A stretch of DNA of 26,912 bases from a virus (lineage: Duplodnaviria; Heunggongvirae; Uroviricota; Caudoviricetes). The translations under genes were made by a program, and so were the position numbers. The DNA is taken from the IMG/VR virus record IMGVR_UViG_3300033124_000732. The stretch is one strand, 5' to 3'. The notes under the pieces were generated by a model. That model worked only from the letters and a program-made list of their open reading frames with translations, searched no databases and was not told the DNA's origin. Within the stretch, counting starts at the first letter, position 1. Every line of letters starts with the position of its first letter. Below are positions 8,169 to 14,500 of this stretch, one piece after another.

Positions 8169-8680
8169 TGACGTTCCTTGTAATCGTTTTGATGTGTTAT
8201 GGGATGAAAGCCACGCACAATCTCACCATGCAGTGGTAGTTCATCTATGCTATATGTATCTGGTGGCACAGTGTAGGTCACAGTTCCTTGGCCCGGCGGA
8301 GCAAAAGTAACCACTCGTGGATGATTGGCTACAGCTCGGTAAACCAAACGATGATGTATGTGTCCATAATCCCCCTGCTTGTCGTGTGTGAGAATCAAGT
8401 CGTAGTTGGCTGCCAACTGTGCGCAGGCTGTTTCTGCATCTAGTGCAGACCAGCATGTGAATCGTTGTTGTTCATTGTCGTGCCAATGATCTTCAAAGCC
8501 CAAGAACACACAGTTGATTCCACGCTTGTGCCAAAAGTCAGAGAGTTCTGATCCACGAGGATCTTGCTCTGTATAGGTCAAGTAGCCAATAGTCCAGTCA
8601 TGGTCAGCATGATTGTGAATATAACTGAGTGCAAATATCACACAGTCATCTGGATGTGCTACCAAGCACAAGGCTTTCAT
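8165..8680 (-). CDS. PIG-L / LmbE-family N-deacetylase
   Basis: LVAHPDD and LILTH...GDYGHIHH metal-binding motifs. Start refined to ATG 8680, giving ATGA overlaps at both ends. Confidence 0.8.
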   Translation of the reverse strand: MKALCLVAHPDDCVIFALSYIHNHADHDWTIGYLTYTEQDPRGSELSDFWHKRGINCVFLGFEDHWHDNEQQRFTCWSALDAETACAQLAANYDLILTHDKQGDYGHIHHRLVYRAVANHPRVVTFAPPGQGTVTYTVPPDTYSIDELPLHGEIVRGFHPITHQNDYKERQ

Positions 8681-9486
8681 AAGATGCCTCTTTCGGCTAA
8701 CAATGTATGATATTGTTGCTGTTGTTCTTTGCTTAGTTGTGACCATGCATTTCTGTGTATGCTTACTGTGAGAGTTTTGGGCTGATTCATTGTGTTAAGT
8801 TTTGAATCAAAGATGCCTGTTTCACTGTGGCAAAGATTAGCAGGATGAATGTTTGATTGTGTGTGATATCTCTTGTCAAATGTGCAATCTCGGTACCACA
8901 CATAGCCTGAATACAATATGAACTCTGTAAGCCGACCCTGTTGTTGAAAGTAGTCACTAAAGTCTTGGCCAGTTCTGTGTTCTACTTCTTGAATCATTTC
9001 TCTTGTTAAACTGGGTTCAACAAAAAATGGCACACCACCGGGGCCTAACTGTGCTGGCAAATCAATATCAAACAACTGGTTGGTTATGTTTCGGCTGGCA
9101 TCAAATACAGGATAGATTGGCATACTTCCTGTAGCAGCACGCCCGTCTACTATCACTTGATCCAACTCAATTGGTCGCACAAATAGTGTTTTGGCATCTA
9201 CAATCATGCACCAGGTATTCTCACTCTGAGCTGCACCTAATATCTTTAACACTTGTTGACTGACCCAACCGTTGTCACTCCAAGCGCAACCAAATGCAGA
9301 TCTTGGAACGATTTTTACATGATCAGCAAATGCACCATACCAGGCAGGATCTACTCGGCTAAGATCATTCACCATTACAAAGATATTTTTCAAGCCGATG
9401 TCTTTACAATATAGCTCAATGCTACGGGCTTGTAGTTTTAGAATGTCAAGTTCGGATTCAAATACAACTGTGCAGATATCAATCAT
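8677..9486 (-). CDS. DUF6492-like putative glycosyltransferase
   Basis: IDICTVVF...LQARSI, GWVSQQVLK, MIVDAKTLFVRP, PFF, TEFILY pattern. Confidence 0.65.
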   Translation of the reverse strand: MIDICTVVFESELDILKLQARSIELYCKDIGLKNIFVMVNDLSRVDPAWYGAFADHVKIVPRSAFGCAWSDNGWVSQQVLKILGAAQSENTWCMIVDAKTLFVRPIELDQVIVDGRAATGSMPIYPVFDASRNITNQLFDIDLPAQLGPGGVPFFVEPSLTREMIQEVEHRTGQDFSDYFQQQGRLTEFILYSGYVWYRDCTFDKRYHTQSNIHPANLCHSETGIFDSKLNTMNQPKTLTVSIHRNAWSQLSKEQQQQYHTLLAERGIL

Positions 9487-9501
9487 GCACTTATGTATGG
9501 G

Positions 9502-10005
9502 TCAATGTCCAGTGGCTGCTAATTCAGCGCCTTTGTTGAATGAGTTTGACCATGAAGCTGCACTCTTGCGTCCTCGAGCAACACTCCAATTGTATCCAGC
9601 ACGGTGTCCGGAACAGTCTTTGGTGCATTGTGAACCCATAAAGGTGAGCTCGTTTAGCTGCTCTTCGTTTAGTCCAAACCCTTCACGAATCTCATTCATT
9701 AACTCGCTTACACTGGCTTCTGTGTTGGGCAATTTACCTCTATAAGCATCATCAATGTATGGATCACCTTCTTCTACTGTGCCTAATGCGTATGAAAAGA
9801 AACCTTCCCCAGCGTTTTCTATAATAACAAAATAAAACTGGTCATCAGTTTCTTGACCTTTCACACTAAACATAAAAGTGCCATCGCTTTGACGTTGCCC
9901 TTTCCAGCCCGTGGCTTTCATTGCGCTGTTGATTTTGTTAACAACCCAAGGCCATGTCAACACAGTTCCTAGGGTGTTTTCAGTTACGATGTCTGAGATT
10001 CTCAT
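9502..10005 (-). CDS. Two-module hypothetical protein with a C-terminal Cys/His module; putative internal head protein
   Basis: N-terminus MRISDIVTE; linker GLNE-EQLNE; then the FMGSQCTKDCSGHRAGYNW module. Confidence 0.75.
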   Translation of the reverse strand: MRISDIVTENTLGTVLTWPWVVNKINSAMKATGWKGQRQSDGTFMFSVKGQETDDQFYFVIIENAGEGFFSYALGTVEEGDPYIDDAYRGKLPNTEASVSELMNEIREGFGLNEEQLNELTFMGSQCTKDCSGHRAGYNWSVARGRKSAASWSNSFNKGAELAATGH

Positions 10006-11225
10006 TTTTTAGGTTGTTGAGCTGTTGGTACATTTCGGTACACACGCCGGGCAGGATCATACACAGTTTTTAACGGACCCAGTCCAGCTAATTTTTTCAC
10101 TCTGGCAACCATGTCTTGATAGTCATCGCCGTAGTCGGCTTCGGGCGGATCACGATAGTCAGCACCCTTTTGTTGTTCGCCTTCGTCCATGCCTGATTTT
10201 TTGTTACCATGTGGCCATTTAATGCCCATACTCTTGTCTAATTTGGCAGTTAAACCTTTGTCTAAATGATCAATGTCTTTGGCATATTTGCCCGGATCAT
10301 AATAAGCACGTGGTGCTTCACCACCACCATATGCACCACTGCTACGATGTATCATGCCTGTTTTGGTTTTTTCAACTTCGCCTTCTGTGGTGCGGTCAGG
10401 AAGTTTTTTGTAGTTGCTGTTTTTGTCTGCAGAGTGAAACTCTTTTGCCACTGCCGGACTGATGCCAACTTTCTTGGCAAATTTGGGATTGTGTGCTGCC
10501 GCTGCCATGGTGCGGAATTGTGCTTGGCTCACTGACTTTTCTGCCAACTGGTCTTCTGCCACACCTTGCTCTTTAACAGGCCAAGGCTTTAATGGGCGAC
10601 CTTTAGCATTGAACCAACCTGTTTGCGTGGCGTTGTCCCACTTGGCCCAAACTGCGCTATCACCGACAACTGTTTCACCTTTGCTGTCGGTGCGAAATTC
10701 ACTCATGTCATCAAACACCCGTGCGTTAATGCTATCAGTGGCTCTGTCCCATTCTGCTTTGTCTTTGGTCTTGACATTATCTGTAGTCATATCAGCATTG
10801 CGAATCACAGGACCCGGCATGTGGTCAACATCATGAGGGAAGCCTTCCGCCATGCCTTTCTTCTTGTTTAACTCTTTGTTTAGAATCTTTTCAGCATCCT
10901 GGGCTACTTTTTTAGCAGTGGTTGCTTTAGCAGTGTATTCTTTCTTGCCGGCGTCTGAATCGTTACTACCATCACGACCCGGAGGAGTTTGTGATTTGTC
11001 CATTTCCATCACACCTTCGTTCTTGCTGTTGCCATAGTTGTCAGCGCCTTTTTTACGACACTGAACCAGTCGTCCTGACGCATAGGCTGATGGCCATACC
11101 TTAGCCGACGCTTTGACTTTATAGTAACAGGCATCTTTTTTCTCAGCCAGGATCAAGTCTGAAAACGAAGGACCGCCGCATTCGGGGCAGGTTTGATGAG
11201 ATTCAAATAAGTCAGTTATAATCAT
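10002..11225 (-). CDS. Multi-module hypothetical protein, putative internal head polyprotein
   Basis: N-terminus MIITDLFE; modules CPECGG, KKDACY...WPSAYASG (DUF5872-like), KSVSQAQF...AAAAHNPKFAKKVGI and MVARVKKLAGL, separated by x-x-E linkers such as QGVAE. Confidence 0.8.
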   Translation of the reverse strand: MIITDLFESHQTCPECGGPSFSDLILAEKKDACYYKVKASAKVWPSAYASGRLVQCRKKGADNYGNSKNEGVMEMDKSQTPPGRDGSNDSDAGKKEYTAKATTAKKVAQDAEKILNKELNKKKGMAEGFPHDVDHMPGPVIRNADMTTDNVKTKDKAEWDRATDSINARVFDDMSEFRTDSKGETVVGDSAVWAKWDNATQTGWFNAKGRPLKPWPVKEQGVAEDQLAEKSVSQAQFRTMAAAAHNPKFAKKVGISPAVAKEFHSADKNSNYKKLPDRTTEGEVEKTKTGMIHRSSGAYGGGEAPRAYYDPGKYAKDIDHLDKGLTAKLDKSMGIKWPHGNKKSGMDEGEQQKGADYRDPPEADYGDDYQDMVARVKKLAGLGPLKTVYDPARRVYRNVPTAQQPKK

Positions 11226-11569
11226 TTTTTCTTTGTGGCCACATTAATGGCCGGTCCTTTGCGGTTGGGATTGGGATCTTGTCTGCGTTTTCTGGCTGCT
11301 GCTGATGCTCGGCCTTTCTTGCCTAGAGCATGTGCCTTGGCCTGCGGCAAACACTTGGGCTTGCCTTCTTTTGAACTGTCTCTGGCACAATTACCACGGA
11401 TTTTGCCATCAGGCCCAAAGCGTACCCATTTTTCTTTGAACCAGTTTCGGAGATTTTCTTCCAGATCCTGCTCGCTGATCTTTTCACAACTGCCTTTGGA
11501 ATACTCGGTGGTGCCGGGTTTGCGGCGATAACCGTCCCAGCAGGCTTCGAGAATCTCTTTGTAAGTCAT
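11222..11569 (-). CDS. Small basic Cys-containing two-module protein, putative internal head protein
   Basis: N-terminus MTYKEILE; modules ACWDGY...GSCEK and NLRNWFKEKWV...C...PKCLP. Confidence 0.8.
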   Translation of the reverse strand: MTYKEILEACWDGYRRKPGTTEYSKGSCEKISEQDLEENLRNWFKEKWVRFGPDGKIRGNCARDSSKEGKPKCLPQAKAHALGKKGRASAAARKRRQDPNPNRKGPAINVATKKK

Positions 11570-11575
11570 GATTGT

Positions 11576-14500
11576 TTATTTATTGCGTTTGGCTTTAGCC
11601 CGCCCAGCCTTCATGTTGGCCATCCAATGTGCCAGTTGCCCTTTGCGACCGCCTTGTTTGGCCACTTTACGCAAGGTGCTTACTGATGCTTTGGTGGGCA
11701 CGCCGTGTCTTTTTGAATCGCCCTTGTCTTGCGGATTCCGACCATCAGCAAAGTTTTCAGGCAGTTCTTCCTTGCCCAAGAATGTTTGAGCAAACAACTG
11801 ACATTCGCCCCATAGTTGGTCATTCTCAGTCACATACACACGGAAGTCAGCGTCCGAATCGTCATGCTGTGTGGGGTCTTGATAGCCGGCATATACTTTG
11901 TGTATGCCTACAGAGTTTAACAAGTCTTTGCAACTTTCTCCGTGGCGTTCTTCCATGGGCGAGTTGCAGGGACTGCAAGTTGTAACCACAATACTACCTT
12001 GTGGAATTTCACCAATGGATTTTCTATACTTGTCTATGGCCACTCGTTCAGCATGGCGGCGTGTGCCATCTTTAGCAGGCAAGTTGATGCCGTAGATCAT
12101 TCGGTTGTCGGGGTCAATCACACAGGCAGCAACTTGTCCATAGCGTTTGGGATCTCGCTGTTGACCTTGTACAACCATGCGACAGCATTTGGCCAACACT
12201 TGGTCCAGCTTGGGTCTATCATGCAGTTCATAGTCGCTGGCATCAGCTTCAGTTACATTGTAGGTAGGATCAGTCTTTTGACGCGGCATGCCTGCAGGTT
12301 GTGCGGGATCCACAGGATCAATGTCAGTAGTGGTTAGCCCAGTTTGTTTCAATGCCTGTATATACTGATGTTCTAGATCTTCGTCACCAAAACTTATGAT
12401 AGCACTGGGTGGTCCTTTGCCAAAGTCATGTTTGCCCAGACCCTTCATGTTTGAAATATGCTGACCCAGTTTGTACCAGTCATACACATCACTCACATCC
12501 ACTCGCACAGTGCCAGCTGGCATTGTGGGCGGTGTCTCTGGACCAGGAGGATCAAAATTGCCGTAGCGATCCTTGCCTTCTGTCATGATAGGATACACTT
12601 CAAAGCCTTCGCCTGACACGCCCCGTCCATTGTTTCGCAACCAAGTGGCTGCAACTCTGTTGGCATCCGATTGACTATTACCCACGCCTGAGAATCTATA
12701 AACTTCTTCACCGTTGACCAACACCTTCCATGCACCAGAGAATGTGCCTGGCGTGGCTCTCTGTTGTGCCAAGGCTGCTGTGGATCCTGCAACAGCAGAC
12801 CGGCGGGTACGATAGTCAGCATCTCCATGGGTTTCACGGTACTGTAGTAATCTTTGTATAGCCGCACTATCATCGGGGGCAAGGAATGCAACAGCAATTT
12901 GCCCAGTATCATTATTAAAAATTTCGTATTGTTGTGGGCTTGCAAATTCTAGGTCTGGCTCAATGTCAATGATACCGTTTTGTTCAGCATCTGATCTAGA
13001 ACCTTCTCTAGTTCTTACTTCAAAGTCGTTGGGATTGTGGCCATTTTGACTTAGCCAAGTTCTTGCTTCTGATTCTGCGGCACCGCGATTTGTGAACTCT
13101 GTATTGTAGTACACTTGGTTGTTGTTTCTGTTGGCCACTTCCCACGGACCTGGACCAGTTGGGCGTAAAGGGTTTACATTTGTTTGACTGTTGGCTGATT
13201 GAATAGTGTAATCGTCGTTACTCCATCCTTGAGTGTTCATAAAATCAGTTGCTTGGATCATAGCAGCATTTTGATTGTCTGCATTGAAGCGATGAACAAC
13301 TTCTTGATCACTGTTACGTCGAATTTCCCAGTTTGGAGCACCACGTGCTGCACCAAACTGTGATGTGTCTCGTGGTTCTGATGGTTCAATCTCTTGAGCA
13401 ACTAATGCAAGACCATTTCCTGGTTGCCGTGTGTTGTAATCCTGTATCCAGTCTTGCGCAGCCGCCTGGTCAGTAAATCTTCTAGTTACAGACTGACCGT
13501 CAACATTCATTTCAGCATAGCGATCAAGCATTGCTACCCAAACACCCCAATTGCCAGAGGTTGCACTGTCTTGATCTTGTGCAGGTTTTTCTTCGTATGG
13601 ACGCACGGGCTTGGCCACAATGGATTGTCTTGTGTTGGTCCACGAAGGATAGCCATCTGGGCCTAGGGCCTTTTCAATGGCTTCTTCTCGAGAGGTAGCA
13701 ACAACTTCTATACCGGCAGAACTTTGCGGGGGATTGGTAACGCTCCACCACATCTTTTGATTGCCGGCTTCACCGCGTTTTACCTTGCGTTCTAGTTGTG
13801 CTTGTTTCACAAAACTACGCAAGGCAGCCTTGGGAATCTTGCCTGCCACATAGTCTGAGAAGTATCGGATTGTGTCTGAATCCTTTTGATCCTGAGTCAA
13901 CAGCTTGTACAGTTTCTTTTGGTATTCTTCTCGATAGGCTTCAGGATTTAATGCCGCACTCATAGCCACTGTGAATCTCAACAGAGTGTTTTCAATCTTG
14001 TCAAAGTTGTCGTCCAACCAGTCGCCACCGGGCGAGCGGAATTCAATGTGTCCGTCTTTGGTGTTGATTGATGTGTATTTGTCTGTGCTGCCTGAATGGA
14101 TGGCTTTAGAAGCCAGTTCACCCATTTGGCCCTTCATCTTGTCCAGTAAACGTTGTGCGTCTTCAGGGTTGGATCGCACACGATCACGCACCTTGCCCAA
14201 GGCGGATTTGGTATAGGTATTTGAGCTACGACCAAATTGTTTGAGCACATACTCGTCGCCCAACAGAAGGGCCAATTTCACAAAGTCCAATCGGTCTCTG
14301 CTGTAGTCAGGCACTGAAATGTTGATGTGCAAGCCAGTTGAACTGTTGGTATAAACACCCATACGTCCAGCCCAGGACTTGACAGCGTTCAAATCTTTCA
14401 ATAGTTCATCTATGGGCATGGGCGGGCTCACAAACTCCAGGCCTTCGTCGCCTGGATTGTCGCCTTCCAAACTGCCGTCTGGTTCCACCACATAGAACTG

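Noticed and set aside
4318-8746. Longest-ORF starts at 4442, 4318, 5394, 6244 and 8746
   Set aside because: They create long overlaps. Downstream starts (4328, 4366, 5439, 6307, 8680) fit promoter boxes or ATGA coupling better.
11759-12247. Riboflavin-biosynthesis auxiliary metabolic gene
   Set aside because: Only the deaminase half is present, embedded in a late polyprotein, and no other rib genes are in the window.
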